DNA of 37,292 nt from Bacteroidales bacterium (GCA_016290715.1 JAEEUY010000233.1:1-37292); one strand, 5' to 3'. Shown: positions 27,132 to 37,169, numbered from the stretch's first letter. Notes: generated by a model from the letters alone, not told the origin. Numbers and translations: made by a program.

Positions 27132-27993
27132 TGTTCAAGGACTTACGCTCAACTTGAAGAACCTCGTGGGTTTCACTGTCAAATAAAATAGCCACTACTT
27201 GACAATGCGCTATATTCCAGGGGGTGTTTTGGCAATCGAAGCGGTAGGATAAGGGATAAGTATGTGTCCGTAACAATCCTGCATCTCCTTCTTCACTTTG
27301 GGTGAGAAAATGTCCGTAAGCACCGTTGATTGCTTTGCGCAAAACGTGGTTGTGGACATAAAAAGTATCTACTATGCTATGCACTTGTTGTGGTGCAATA
27401 ATTTGATCTTCAATGATGTATAGTGCTAATTTTACGGGTGATGTGTAGTCTTGCAGGGCTGTGGTTAGCGTATGAACCGAAAGGTTTTGCGTGACCGCAT
27501 CGTATTGGCTGATGATTTGAATGGCTGCCGGCACATCATTCCGGTTGAGATGGCTAATGGCTGCTCCCCAATCACTAACCGTACTCATGGCCATTTGATT
27601 ATGATAAAGGGTGCGTTCAATGACGGCTGATGGATAGGAGTTGACGCTAAAATCAGAGGCAAGTGTCTGCCCCTCTTCTGTTTGGAAATTGTAGGAGAAG
27701 AGTCCGGAGCTTACGCTGGAGAAAAATCCGGCATGTACCGCAATAGGAACAAGGGTGTCCCCGTATCGTTGACAAAGATTGTGTACTTCTTGTGCCCCGT
27801 CTGGACAATTAGGGCACAAGTGTCCTGTAAACTCTTCCAACAGAATTTTCCGGAAGACGGCATTGGTGTCCAACGGCGGGAAATCCACGTCTGTATCAAT
27901 GGCGGAAGACTCGGCTAAATAAGGGCCTTCGATCTTGTCGCACCCGCTAAAAAACGTAAGCATTATGATAATTGAAAATACTATTTTTTTCAT
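27124..27993 (-). CDS. Omp28-related lipoprotein with a thioredoxin-like CxxC motif.
   Basis: 289 aa with lipobox TFFSG|C followed by acidic residues (CDKIE). The EEFTGHLCPNCPDG motif is characteristic of the Omp28 family. Confidence 0.65.
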   Translation of the reverse strand: MKKIVFSIIIMLTFFSGCDKIEGPYLAESSAIDTDVDFPPLDTNAVFRKILLEEFTGHLCPNCPDGAQEVHNLCQRYGDTLVPIAVHAGFFSSVSSGLFSYNFQTEEGQTLASDFSVNSYPSAVIERTLYHNQMAMSTVSDWGAAISHLNRNDVPAAIQIISQYDAVTQNLSVHTLTTALQDYTSPVKLALYIIEDQIIAPQQVHSIVDTFYVHNHVLRKAINGAYGHFLTQSEEGDAGLLRTHTYPLSYRFDCQNTPWNIAHCQVVAILFDSETHEVLQVERKSLNNE

Positions 27994-28006
27994 TCTTTAT
28001 CTATTG

Positions 28007-29725
28007 TTAAAATGAAGTGGTTATTGATAATCCAAAGCCATAGGCGGCAGGAACAGAGCGACATACGCCTCCTACACATAAAATACCCTCTTCAGTTTTC
28101 CCAAAGTGCGCTGCAATGCGGGTGGTTTTTAGAACGTAGGCAGCAGAGATGTTATAATAGTGTATCCGGTGTTCTTTGCTTTCGTTGGCGTAATTCCACT
28201 GGTCGCTGATGGATATGAACCAATGGGGTGAAAAGGAGTACTCCAATAATCCGCCCAAACTGCTTTTGCTTTCGTTGGCGTACAAGTGTTCTAATTCCAG
28301 TTTCAAGGCATGTTTGGCAGTGATTTTGTAATGAACGGTCCCTACAACGTTATGGCCTTTGAAGAGGGGAGCAGCGTGCCCTTGCAATATCTCAATGTTA
28401 TAAGTAACGAAGTTATAGGCTAAGGCTAATTTCCATTTTTTGTTATTGAAACGGTGGCTGATTTCAAATCCAAGATCTTGATATAGAAGTTGGTCGCCGA
28501 ATTTGAAAAAGCGGGAACGATAGCCTTCTGTCCCTTTCATCGTGCCTACGGCGAGGGCATCATCGGTCAGGGTTTGTTCAATATTGTGCATTCTGACATA
28601 ATTGAGCGATAAGTCAACCCCGTACTTGCCACCTAATTTGCTCCCTTTCGGAATTTGATAGTTGACTTGAGCCTGTACACCGATCTGTCCGTTGTTCTGG
28701 CTTGCATAGCTATAGTTATTTAGCAAGGCGTAGGTGTGTGGTTGATGGATTGTGGGAATGTAGTTGATGCTCAATAGTGAGGTGTTTGATGAGATGTCGC
28801 GCTGGGAGCGGAAATCCATATTGTCGGAGCGCAAAAAGGAGGCGGAAACGCCCACCCCCTTGGTAGAGTAAGAGGCAGTAAGAATGAATGCTTCCCCGTT
28901 CTTGTATATATATTGGTTGGTCGTGTTAGGGTCGTTGTTTTTGTGTGCATATTCGCTTTCAATCTGAAATCCTTTATAGCCGAAATTCAGGCGTGCAGAC
29001 CAGATGGCTACGTTTTGTGGGATTTTGTCTGCTGCAAGAATATAGTTTTGGGTGATGCTGTCTTTCAGTACGGAAATGTACATTTCGTTCACACTCTTTT
29101 CATATTTGCTGACAAAGCTTCCCCCGAAAGAGGCGGAGAATCCTTTTTCATTCATTTGAGGAATCCAATCGTTGAACGAAAAATCGGCATCAATACCCCG
29201 CACATGGTCTTTTCGTTCATTATATTTAAAGTCGAAATTCTTTCTTTGGATTCCCCAAATCCCTTTGATGCTGATTCCTTTGTAAGGAGTGACTTTTACG
29301 CGTGCGCCGAGGATACTGTTGTCAATTCCTAATTGCCGGTCTTCGTATGCCCGTAGCGAGAACCCATTGCCAAATTGCTCGTAAAAGGTACCCGCTGTAA
29401 CTTGGATGAAATCATTTTTGTAGTCTAGAAAATAGTTTGTGAATCCTTGTCCCTTGTAGTCAATGTCTTCAAAATCAATGAGTGGGTAGCTGTAAAATTC
29501 ATAGCGTCCGCCAGCGGTAAATCCGCCATTGGTATATTGCAGATTAAGCCATGTGTTGGCACGTACTTTCTCTTTTACCTCGCGTGCACCCATCAGTGAA
29601 TCTGGAAGGTAGTACATCCCTTCAAAACCAAAGTCCCCGCTGATATGCCCATTCCCCATGATTTGCGCAAAAGTATCGGGTATTGCAAGGCAAACAAGGA
29701 GTAAGATGATAGGAAATTTTTTCAT
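28007..29725 (-). CDS. Large outer-membrane beta-barrel of an uncharacterised family. I believe it is the family annotated DUF6029, but this is unverified.
   Basis: 572 aa from ATG 29725, with signal peptide MKKFPIILLLVCLAIPDTFA|Q. The ORF-track start at 29815 adds 30 non-signal residues and would overlap the upstream gene. Alternating-strand sequence runs throughout, and the C-terminus is ...GFGLSITTSF. It starts 4 nt after the TlpA stop. Confidence 0.65.
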   Translation of the reverse strand: MKKFPIILLLVCLAIPDTFAQIMGNGHISGDFGFEGMYYLPDSLMGAREVKEKVRANTWLNLQYTNGGFTAGGRYEFYSYPLIDFEDIDYKGQGFTNYFLDYKNDFIQVTAGTFYEQFGNGFSLRAYEDRQLGIDNSILGARVKVTPYKGISIKGIWGIQRKNFDFKYNERKDHVRGIDADFSFNDWIPQMNEKGFSASFGGSFVSKYEKSVNEMYISVLKDSITQNYILAADKIPQNVAIWSARLNFGYKGFQIESEYAHKNNDPNTTNQYIYKNGEAFILTASYSTKGVGVSASFLRSDNMDFRSQRDISSNTSLLSINYIPTIHQPHTYALLNNYSYASQNNGQIGVQAQVNYQIPKGSKLGGKYGVDLSLNYVRMHNIEQTLTDDALAVGTMKGTEGYRSRFFKFGDQLLYQDLGFEISHRFNNKKWKLALAYNFVTYNIEILQGHAAPLFKGHNVVGTVHYKITAKHALKLELEHLYANESKSSLGGLLEYSFSPHWFISISDQWNYANESKEHRIHYYNISAAYVLKTTRIAAHFGKTEEGILCVGGVCRSVPAAYGFGLSITTSF

Positions 29726-29729
29726 GGTA

Positions 29730-30248
29730 CTATTTTTCTTGGGTGGAAAGTTTTTTGATGATTTCGAATATCTCATCTTCATCCCCTTGTGCATAAGAAC
29801 TGTGTGCCCAAACAATTTCCCGGTTTCCGTTCAAGATACATAAATAGGGGACATCGGTAACATTCAAAGCTCTTTTAAAATCGGCATTGATATCTTGCAG
29901 GATAACGTACTCCCAACCTTTAGAACGTACGAAGGGAGCCACCTTGCTCGCCGTCCGGGAGTCGTCAATGGAAATGGCGTATAATTTCACCCCCGTTTCT
30001 TCTGTCCAATCATCATATACAATAGAAATGGCTTCCAACTCTTCGCGGCAGGGCATACACCACGTGGCCCATAAACTGATGATGATGGGCTTCCCGTCGT
30101 TGTCTATGGATTGAGTGTTAAAGATCTGTCCATCTAATGTTTTCAAATCTACCGATGGAATGGTGGCGTTCCCTTGAAATGGCTCTTTTTGGGCATAGAT
30201 GTTCAATGAAAAGAGCACTGTGAATAAGAATAGGGTGATTTTTTTCAT
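29730..30248 (-). CDS. TlpA/ResA-family periplasmic thiol:disulfide oxidoreductase.
   Basis: 172 aa with signal peptide ...SLNIYA|Q. It has the thioredoxin active site WATWCMPCREE and the size and fold pattern of a redoxin. Confidence 0.85.
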   Translation of the reverse strand: MKKITLFLFTVLFSLNIYAQKEPFQGNATIPSVDLKTLDGQIFNTQSIDNDGKPIIISLWATWCMPCREELEAISIVYDDWTEETGVKLYAISIDDSRTASKVAPFVRSKGWEYVILQDINADFKRALNVTDVPYLCILNGNREIVWAHSSYAQGDEDEIFEIIKKLSTQEK

Positions 30249-30264
30249 AATGAAATTATATCTT

Positions 30265-32145
30265 TTACGGTAATATCAGGGTGTCTTGGGTAGCAATGCA
30301 CATATTACTGATGCTAAACCCGAATGGATCCATGTTGTTATTTTGAATAGAAACGTGTGTTAATGTTTTATGTTTGTTGGAAGAGATAATGCTGATGCTT
30401 TTAGTTTCTGCGCTGTCTGTGTGATTGTTAATACGATAGAAAAGCAGGTAGTCTTTAGTGGGTGAATAGTAGAAAATATCGGCAGCATCGGCTACAGAGC
30501 GGCGTACTTCGTTGGTGTCTGTTTGTGAAATGTGACTGCATGCCATCAGTAACTCGCAATTCTTTTTGCTTTCCGTTGTTTGCATATAGTAGATGGGTCT
30601 GTCGGGATGCTCTTCGGACAATTGAATCAGCTCTCTTTCATTGATGGCAAAGAGATAGGAGCGATGGGATTTTAACGCAATAAAGTTTTCAAAATCTCTC
30701 GTCCCGTTGCATAGCATTAAGCCAATAAATGAGGTGTTGTGAATATCCTCGGTGTAGATGATGGCTCCTTCCGGAATCGTTTGGAAGTAGTTTTCATCGG
30801 CCATGAGATTCAATACTTTAATCCTGTTCTGGCTTTTTTGCCATTCACGGCTTAAATGTTCGTTGGTAAAGGTGTTTTCTACAGAAAAATAGAAAAAGAG
30901 GCAGCAAATTAAAAGACTGAAAATGAATTTAGGAGCGCCAGATTTGAAAGCTTTGATCCCTGCTACCACGATCATTGCAAACATAAACATGATGCCAAAA
31001 TAGGAGTAGAAGGAAGTTACATACCCTTCCATCCAACCATACCATTCCGCGTTGTATTTCTCGGAGATGGCAATAAGAACGTGAGAAAGATAGGCAACGA
31101 GCCCTGCAACAATCACGCAGATGATAATTTGTTTCCATGAAATACGTTGTGTATCAATGGATTGTATTAAAAAATAAAGAATAAGACACTGGATGAGGGC
31201 ATTAACGTATGCTAAAGCGGAAGCGTGACCGAGAATAAATAGGAAATCATTATAGAATCCATTGATAGACAATGAATTAATGGTTATCCGTTCAAGGTTG
31301 AGATAATGTATTCGCCCGGGGAAAACGTAGAAAGTGCATTTATTGAGAATAGTAAAAAAATGGGAAATACTAAAATTCCCAGCCAACGCAATCCCTCCAT
31401 ACGTATATTCAGGATTGGTCGTGTGTATAATATATTGTTTATAAGCAAAATAAATTATTATGTAGAAAAGGATACTAAGTACAAAGGGCAGCATCTCTTT
31501 GTAAAAGGTTTTGTTTTTCAATATCTTTGTCCAGCCCAAACGGTGTCCATTGCGAAAGAGAAGATAACAACAGAAGAAGAGAGAAAAAAGAAGGTAATTT
31601 TCATAAAAAAGGTAAGAGGTAAAAAAGAGGGATGCTGCCCCCCAGAGGTAGCCAGACTTTCCTGTTTCTGTATATTTAATAAATAGCAGGATGCCAGTTA
31701 AGAAAATCATGAAACTGAACGAGAAATAGAAGGGGTATGCCGCCGGTGGGTAGTGCATTCCACCACCTATCGCCGTATTGAAAATCAAAAACAAAAGGGT
31801 GAACGCCCCTAATTTCTGAGATTTGAAAATACGGGAAATAACATAGGAAAATAGAAAATAGCATGCAAGCAAGGTGCTGAGTTGCACGAGTTTAGCCCAT
31901 GCGAAATGGTCTATCAGGTAGGGTACGTAATAAAAATACTTGGTCAGCAGGAAATAAAAACGACCGGAACTGCGTGCATACATTTCTGCATCTGCAAGCC
32001 ATGAAGAGACCCCTTCTTGTGCAGTAATATAGTAATGGAAATCATCGGCAGTGGTAAATCCTACGTTATAAAAAGGCAGTAGGGTGATGAGCATCGTTAC
32101 AGCGTATGCCAAACAAAATAAAAATTTTTCTTTTCGGCTCATCAA
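30265..32145 (-). CDS. Polytopic membrane protein (about 12 or more TM segments) with a ~190-aa C-terminal soluble domain. It is a GT-C-like glycosyltransferase candidate.
   Basis: 626 aa. TM1 is followed by the acidic loop motif FTTADDFHYY. An aromatic-rich TM bundle runs to about residue 440, followed by a non-hydrophobic C-terminal domain. I recognise no named family. The CDS call is solid; the function is inferred. Confidence 0.6.
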   Translation of the reverse strand: MMSRKEKFLFCLAYAVTMLITLLPFYNVGFTTADDFHYYITAQEGVSSWLADAEMYARSSGRFYFLLTKYFYYVPYLIDHFAWAKLVQLSTLLACYFLFSYVISRIFKSQKLGAFTLLFLIFNTAIGGGMHYPPAAYPFYFSFSFMIFLTGILLFIKYTETGKSGYLWGAASLFFTSYLFYENYLLFSLFFCCYLLFRNGHRLGWTKILKNKTFYKEMLPFVLSILFYIIIYFAYKQYIIHTTNPEYTYGGIALAGNFSISHFFTILNKCTFYVFPGRIHYLNLERITINSLSINGFYNDFLFILGHASALAYVNALIQCLILYFLIQSIDTQRISWKQIIICVIVAGLVAYLSHVLIAISEKYNAEWYGWMEGYVTSFYSYFGIMFMFAMIVVAGIKAFKSGAPKFIFSLLICCLFFYFSVENTFTNEHLSREWQKSQNRIKVLNLMADENYFQTIPEGAIIYTEDIHNTSFIGLMLCNGTRDFENFIALKSHRSYLFAINERELIQLSEEHPDRPIYYMQTTESKKNCELLMACSHISQTDTNEVRRSVADAADIFYYSPTKDYLLFYRINNHTDSAETKSISIISSNKHKTLTHVSIQNNNMDPFGFSISNMCIATQDTLILP

Positions 32146-32171
32146 AATGGATTTCTACTATTATGAAGCCA

Positions 32172-32179
32172 CAAAAATA
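32172..32179 (-). promoter_or_regulatory. -7 promoter box (TATTTTTG on the minus strand) for the six-gene envelope operon.
   Basis: Plus-strand caaaaata lies 27 nt upstream of ATG 32145. Confidence 0.45.
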
Positions 32180-32213
32180 CAAAAAATCACTTTTATATTT
32201 TAAATTTTAAATG

Positions 32214-32221
32214 TAATTTTG
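32214..32221 (+). promoter_or_regulatory. -7 promoter box TAATTTTG for the M64 peptidase/ptb operon.
   Basis: It matches TAnnTTTG, 21 nt upstream of ATG 32242. Confidence 0.5.
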
Positions 32222-32241
32222 CACCCTATTTTTTTATAACA

Positions 32242-33540
32242 ATGAAAAAACTGGTATTTTTATTTTCTTTTATCTTTTTAGGGGGCCAATTATTTTCTCA
32301 AAATTTTGATAACTATTTTATTAACAAAACTTTACGTATAGATTATGCGCATATTGGCAACTTCAATAGCGACAATATAGAAGTCAGGGCTTTTCATGCG
32401 GGCGGGGTATGGAGTGGTACCCGCGCCTTTTTGATTGATCCAACCCGCTATGGGGATATTATTTTTGAAGTCTTTGATTCCACTACAAATCAAATTATTT
32501 ACTCAAGAAGCTACAGCAGTTTGTTTAATGAGTACCGCACCACGGAGCGCGGAAGGGTGGAAGTGGGCTCTTTTGAGGAGTCAGTAACGATGCCGTTCCC
32601 CAAAAATACGATTCGGTATATCTTTACAGCCTATGATCGGAATAATATTGGGGTGGTTGTGGGCACAGGATACTTTAATCCTGCCACGACTCCATACGCG
32701 GATTTTGTCAAAGAATACCAAACGGTGAATCTGCATATCGGCGGCAAACCCGAAAATTGCATGGATATCCTTTTGATTCCCGATGGCTATTCACAGGCCG
32801 ATGAGAAGTTGATGATGAGCGACCTCAAAAAATTCGCCTCCTATATTAAAAACTGTCATCCCTATAAAGACAGATTGAAAGATGTAAACATTCGCGGATT
32901 GAAGAGTTTTTCTGCCGAATCCGGAATCACAGATCCCAATAGCAACTTTTATGCGAACACTCTTTTGAACTGTAGTTATAATGTGCTGGATATTGACCGT
33001 TATTTGATGTGCCTGAATGTGTGGAAAATGAATGCAGTGGCTGATGACGCGCCATACGATGTGATTATTATCTTGACCAACTCAAAGAAATATGGGGGTG
33101 GGGGAATTTATAATTTCTATGCCACAGTGAACAATGGCTCAAATGTGGCGGATTATGTGATTGTGCATGAAATGGGGCATCTGATCGGTGGTTTGGGCGA
33201 TGAATATTATACTTCCTATACTTCTGTCGTGGATTATTATCCTGCAGGAATTGAACCGGTTGAACCGAATCTTACCACTTTGGTGGATTTTGATTCCAAA
33301 TGGAAAGATATGTTGCCTTCGGGGACCCCTGTCCCGACACCTGCAACGGAAGAAAATAAGGAGAAACTTGGCGTGTATGAAGGGGGAGGCTATGTCGCTG
33401 AGGGGGTTTACCGTCCTTGGATGAATTGTACGATGAAAGAGTGTGTGTATGACCATTTTTGCCCTGTATGTATGCGTGTTCTGAATAGGGCGTTGGATTA
33501 TTATTCCAATAAAAAGAGCAGTTCTTCGGATAAAAAGTAA
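32242..33540 (+). CDS. M64-family (IgA-peptidase-like) zinc metallopeptidase, secreted.
   Basis: 432 aa with signal peptide ...GGQLFS|Q. It has an M64 N-domain followed by VIVHEMGHLIGGLGDEY (HExxH...GDEY). Confidence 0.8.
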   Translation: MKKLVFLFSFIFLGGQLFSQNFDNYFINKTLRIDYAHIGNFNSDNIEVRAFHAGGVWSGTRAFLIDPTRYGDIIFEVFDSTTNQIIYSRSYSSLFNEYRTTERGRVEVGSFEESVTMPFPKNTIRYIFTAYDRNNIGVVVGTGYFNPATTPYADFVKEYQTVNLHIGGKPENCMDILLIPDGYSQADEKLMMSDLKKFASYIKNCHPYKDRLKDVNIRGLKSFSAESGITDPNSNFYANTLLNCSYNVLDIDRYLMCLNVWKMNAVADDAPYDVIIILTNSKKYGGGGIYNFYATVNNGSNVADYVIVHEMGHLIGGLGDEYYTSYTSVVDYYPAGIEPVEPNLTTLVDFDSKWKDMLPSGTPVPTPATEENKEKLGVYEGGGYVAEGVYRPWMNCTMKECVYDHFCPVCMRVLNRALDYYSNKKSSSSDKK

Positions 33541-33570
33541 ATTTAATATTAACAAAAAAATATCACAAAA

Positions 33571-34479
33571 ATGAGTATTACAAAATTAGACCAGATTATT
33601 GAATTAGTAAAAACGAAACCTCAAAAACGCTTGATTGCTGCATACGCCAATGATGCACACACGATTGAAGCGGTGAACAATGCGGTTGAAATGGGAATTG
33701 TAAAGGCTACTTTGGTCGGCGACGAAGCGACCATCAAATCTGTTTGTGCAGAAAATAACATTGATGTGAACAATTTTACCATTGTGCAAGAAGCAGATGA
33801 AAACAAGGCAGCTGCCAAAGCATGTGATTTGATTAATAGCGGTGAGGGCGACATATTGATGAAAGGTTTGCTTTCAACCGATAAATACATGCGTGCGATT
33901 TTGAATAAGGAACGTGGTTTGATGCCAGGCCCCAAAGCAGTTCTTACACACGTAACGGTTATTGAAACCCCTCGCTACCACAAATTGATTATCTGTGGCG
34001 ATGTGGCGATTATTCCTGCTCCTGACTTGAAACAAAAAATAGCTATCGCCAACTTCTTGATCAGCACTGCTAAAGCACTTCAAATAGAAAAACCGAAACT
34101 CGCTGTTCTGGCCGCTACCGAACAAGTATTGCCCGCCATGGAGGCTTGTGTTGACGCTTGCTTGATTAGCAAGATGGCTGATAGAGGTCAGCTGAAAGGG
34201 GCTCTTGTGGATGGTCCTCTTGGCGTTGACCTCGCCATTGATATGGAATGTGTGCAAATTAAAAAAGTGAAGAGTGAAGTGGCTGGCGATGCCGATTGTC
34301 TGCTCTTCCCCAATATTGAATCAGGAAATATTTTCTACAAATGTAATACCAAATTGGCCGGTGCGGAATTGGGTGCAATGGTCGTTGGCGCAAAAGTGCC
34401 TTGCGTTTTGTCTTCCCGTGGCGACTCTACTCATACCAAATTGTATTCCATCGCCTTGGCAGCGGCCGTTGCAAAATAA
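33571..34479 (+). CDS. ptb: Phosphate butyryltransferase.
   Basis: 302 aa, collinear with clostridial Ptb as I remember it: MKGL...T, LSKMADRGQLKG.LVDGPL..DLA, EVAGDAD.L.FPNIESGN, SSRGDS...K..SIALAA. Confidence 0.88.
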   Translation: MSITKLDQIIELVKTKPQKRLIAAYANDAHTIEAVNNAVEMGIVKATLVGDEATIKSVCAENNIDVNNFTIVQEADENKAAAKACDLINSGEGDILMKGLLSTDKYMRAILNKERGLMPGPKAVLTHVTVIETPRYHKLIICGDVAIIPAPDLKQKIAIANFLISTAKALQIEKPKLAVLAATEQVLPAMEACVDACLISKMADRGQLKGALVDGPLGVDLAIDMECVQIKKVKSEVAGDADCLLFPNIESGNIFYKCNTKLAGAELGAMVVGAKVPCVLSSRGDSTHTKLYSIALAAAVAK

Positions 34480-34485
34480 GCCTTT

Positions 34486-35169
34486 ATGAAAAACAAACTG
34501 TTTCTATTCGGTTGTGTTCTCTTGGTTTTTTGCTTCTTAAGTTGCAAAAAATCAGGTGATTGTATTAAGTCTGAAAAGGTGCAGCAGGAAAATATTTTTC
34601 AGTTTTATCAGGCTACCTATCTGTTAGAGTCGGATGAAATGTATTTGCAGGCTGCTTTTTCGGTAGATAACAAGTTCGGCCAACCCATTCAGTTGGTGGA
34701 TCCATCGTATGTTACTTTCAATGGAGCTAATATGCAATGGAATGAGGATGGGATATACCGGACAACTATTCACGGATTTACACAGGAATTGGTCTTCCAA
34801 TATATCAATAATAACAGCAATCCATTCTTAAACCGATTGGAAATGAATAAGATGGATGTTAACCGTCAAAGAATTGTCCTGAACAAAAATCAACGGAATG
34901 TTGTTGGATTTCAGGGGGAGCCATTGAAAGAATCCGAAAATATGGTTTGCGTGCTTTCGCAAGAGGAGAACGATTCTTTTGAAATTGATGTGGATGCCGA
35001 AGGGAGACAAATTGTCATCCTCCCTGAATTTATCCAAGAAGTGCCGAATGGGAACTATGAAGGCTATTTTGTGAGAAAAAACAGTTGCTCCGATATTAAT
35101 GCCATGGATCGGGGTGGATTATGGGAAACCGAATATTATTCAAAGAAAATTCAAATTATAGTCGAATGA
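34486..35169 (+). CDS. Lipoprotein of unknown function.
   Basis: 227 aa with lipobox FCFLS|C. The composition is beta-rich and I recognise no motif. Its stop overlaps an ATG of the aspS frame (ATGA at 35166..35169). Confidence 0.6.
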   Translation: MKNKLFLFGCVLLVFCFLSCKKSGDCIKSEKVQQENIFQFYQATYLLESDEMYLQAAFSVDNKFGQPIQLVDPSYVTFNGANMQWNEDGIYRTTIHGFTQELVFQYINNNSNPFLNRLEMNKMDVNRQRIVLNKNQRNVVGFQGEPLKESENMVCVLSQEENDSFEIDVDAEGRQIVILPEFIQEVPNGNYEGYFVRKNSCSDINAMDRGGLWETEYYSKKIQIIVE

Positions 35170-36911
35170 AAACAATGTATAGAACACATACTTGTGGTGA
35201 ACTCAACGGACAACATGTAAATGAGAAAGTTACTTTGTGTGGTTGGATTCAAAAAATCAGAAAGTTGGGGGGAATGACCTTTATTGATTTGAGAGACCGT
35301 TATGGAATCACCCAACTTGCTTTTAACGCAGAACAAAACCCTGACTTGTGCAAACAAATAGAACCATTTGGAAGAGAATGGGTTATACAAGTTACGGGAA
35401 TAGTAACAGAGCGTTACAGCAAAAATAAAAATATTCCAACGGGCGATATTGAGATATTGGTGGAAGAGATTCAGGTGCTAAACGAGTCCTTGACACCTCC
35501 CTTTACTATTGAAGATGAGTCGGATGGTGGTGATGAGCTGAGAATGAAGTATCGCTACCTTGACTTGCGCCGCAACCCCGTGAAAAACAACCTGATGTTT
35601 CGTCATAAATTAGGAATTGCGATTCGTAACTATATGAATAACATTGGGTTCGTGGAAATTGAAACGCCCTTTCTCATTGGCTCAACCCCCGAAGGAGCTC
35701 GTGATTTTGTGGTGCCCTCCCGTTTGACGCACGGCGAGTTTTATGCGCTTCCACAGTCTCCGCAAACTTTTAAACAGCTGTTGATGGTGGCTGGCTTCGA
35801 CCGTTATTTCCAAATTGTAAAATGCTTCCGTGATGAGGACCTTCGCTCCGACCGTCAGCCTGAATTTACACAGGTGGACTGTGAAATGTCGTTCGTCACG
35901 CAGGAAGATATTCTGAACACTTTTGAAGGCTTGTTGAAATATATTTTCAAGGAGATTAAAGGGATTGATATTGAGCCGATTGAAAGAATCACCTATGCGG
36001 ATGCGATGCGCTTTTATGGCAGCGACAAGCCCGATGCCCGTTTCGATATGCGCTTTGTTGAGTTGAACGATGTTTTAAAACATAGGGATTTTAAAGTGTT
36101 CAATGAAGCTGAGTTGGTGGTTGGCATTGTGGCAAAAGGCTGCGCTAACTATACCAGAAAGCAGCTGGATGGACTGACAGATTTCGTAAAACGTCCGCAA
36201 GTGGGTGCTTCAGGATTGGTATATGTTCTGTGTCAGGAAGATGGACATTTCAAGTCTTCGGTGGATAAATTCTATAATCAAGAGGATTTGCGTGCGGTTG
36301 CCGAGAAATGTGGTGCTCAGGCAGGCGACTTGATTTTGATCATGGCCGGTAAAACGGAAAAAACACAAAAGCAGTTGTGCGAATTGCGTCTGGAAATGGG
36401 CAATCGTCTGGGACTGAGAAAAGCAGGGGAGTATAAGTTATTGTGGGTTATTGACTTTCCATTGCTGGAGTGGGATGAAGAAACGCAACGGTATTATGCG
36501 AAACACCACCCATTTACAGCTCCTAAACCGGAACATGAAGCTATTTTGGAAACAGAGCCAGGAAAGGTGAACGCCAATGCTTATGATATTGTAATCAATG
36601 GTACTGAGGTGGGCGGCGGTTCTATTCGTATTCATGATAAGAATATGCAGAAACGGATGTTCAAGGCATTGGGATTTACGGAAGAGGAAGCGCAAAGACA
36701 ATTCGGGTTCTTGATGAACGCTTTCCAATACGGAGCGCCACCTCATGGAGGTATTGCATTTGGTTTTGACCGTCTGTGTTCCATCCTTTGTGATGCGGAT
36801 ACCATTCGCGATTTTATCGCTTTCCCGAAAAACAACTCTGCCCGCGATGTGATGTTGAATATTCCATCACCTATTTCGGAAGCACAGTTAAAAGAACTGG
36901 GATTGAAGTAA
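35166..36911 (+). CDS. aspS: Aspartate--tRNA ligase (class IIb).
   Basis: [13 protein letters not shown]... has an OB anticodon-binding domain. Class II motifs are [25 protein letters not shown] and GGGSIRIH...GFDRL. The start may be ATG 35166 (ATGA-coupled) or ATG 35175 ([10 protein letters not shown], the usual N-terminus). The ORF-track start at 35121 lies inside the upstream gene. Confidence 0.95.
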   Translation: MKTMYRTHTCGELNGQHVNEKVTLCGWIQKIRKLGGMTFIDLRDRYGITQLAFNAEQNPDLCKQIEPFGREWVIQVTGIVTERYSKNKNIPTGDIEILVEEIQVLNESLTPPFTIEDESDGGDELRMKYRYLDLRRNPVKNNLMFRHKLGIAIRNYMNNIGFVEIETPFLIGSTPEGARDFVVPSRLTHGEFYALPQSPQTFKQLLMVAGFDRYFQIVKCFRDEDLRSDRQPEFTQVDCEMSFVTQEDILNTFEGLLKYIFKEIKGIDIEPIERITYADAMRFYGSDKPDARFDMRFVELNDVLKHRDFKVFNEAELVVGIVAKGCANYTRKQLDGLTDFVKRPQVGASGLVYVLCQEDGHFKSSVDKFYNQEDLRAVAEKCGAQAGDLILIMAGKTEKTQKQLCELRLEMGNRLGLRKAGEYKLLWVIDFPLLEWDEETQRYYAKHHPFTAPKPEHEAILETEPGKVNANAYDIVINGTEVGGGSIRIHDKNMQKRMFKALGFTEEEAQRQFGFLMNAFQYGAPPHGGIAFGFDRLCSILCDADTIRDFIAFPKNNSARDVMLNIPSPISEAQLKELGLK

Positions 36912-36977
36912 TTGCTATAAAAATACTAAAAAATTATTGCTGACAGTAAGATTATAATAGAAGATATGCTTGTTATA

Positions 36978-37009
36978 GGTGGCTTCGACAAATGCAGCCA
37001 CCTTTTTTT
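36978..37009 (+). terminator. Rho-independent terminator of aspS.
   Basis: GGTGGCT-tcgacaaatgc-AGCCACC forms a perfect 7-bp GC-rich stem followed by TTTTTTT. It lies 67 nt after the aspS stop. Confidence 0.7.
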
Positions 37010-37169
37010 ATTCATTCTTCTTTCCCTTTTGTCTTGACACAGGAAAAAGGAATAATAAATGAAAGCAGATGCTTCATGTACACATACTTTGGAAAAGTAT
37101 GGCGAAGCCCGTCCGTACGATGAATGCCAACGGCAACATGCTTATACAGAAATAGGGAAGGGATTGCTT

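Noticed and set aside
28175-28282. An 18-bp perfect direct repeat, tttgctttcgttggcgta, at 28175..28192 and 28265..28282, spaced 90 bp apart.
   Set aside because: Both copies are in frame inside the OM barrel CDS and encode the same YANESK strand motif 30 residues apart. This looks like an internal beta-hairpin duplication, not a mobile-element or regulatory repeat.
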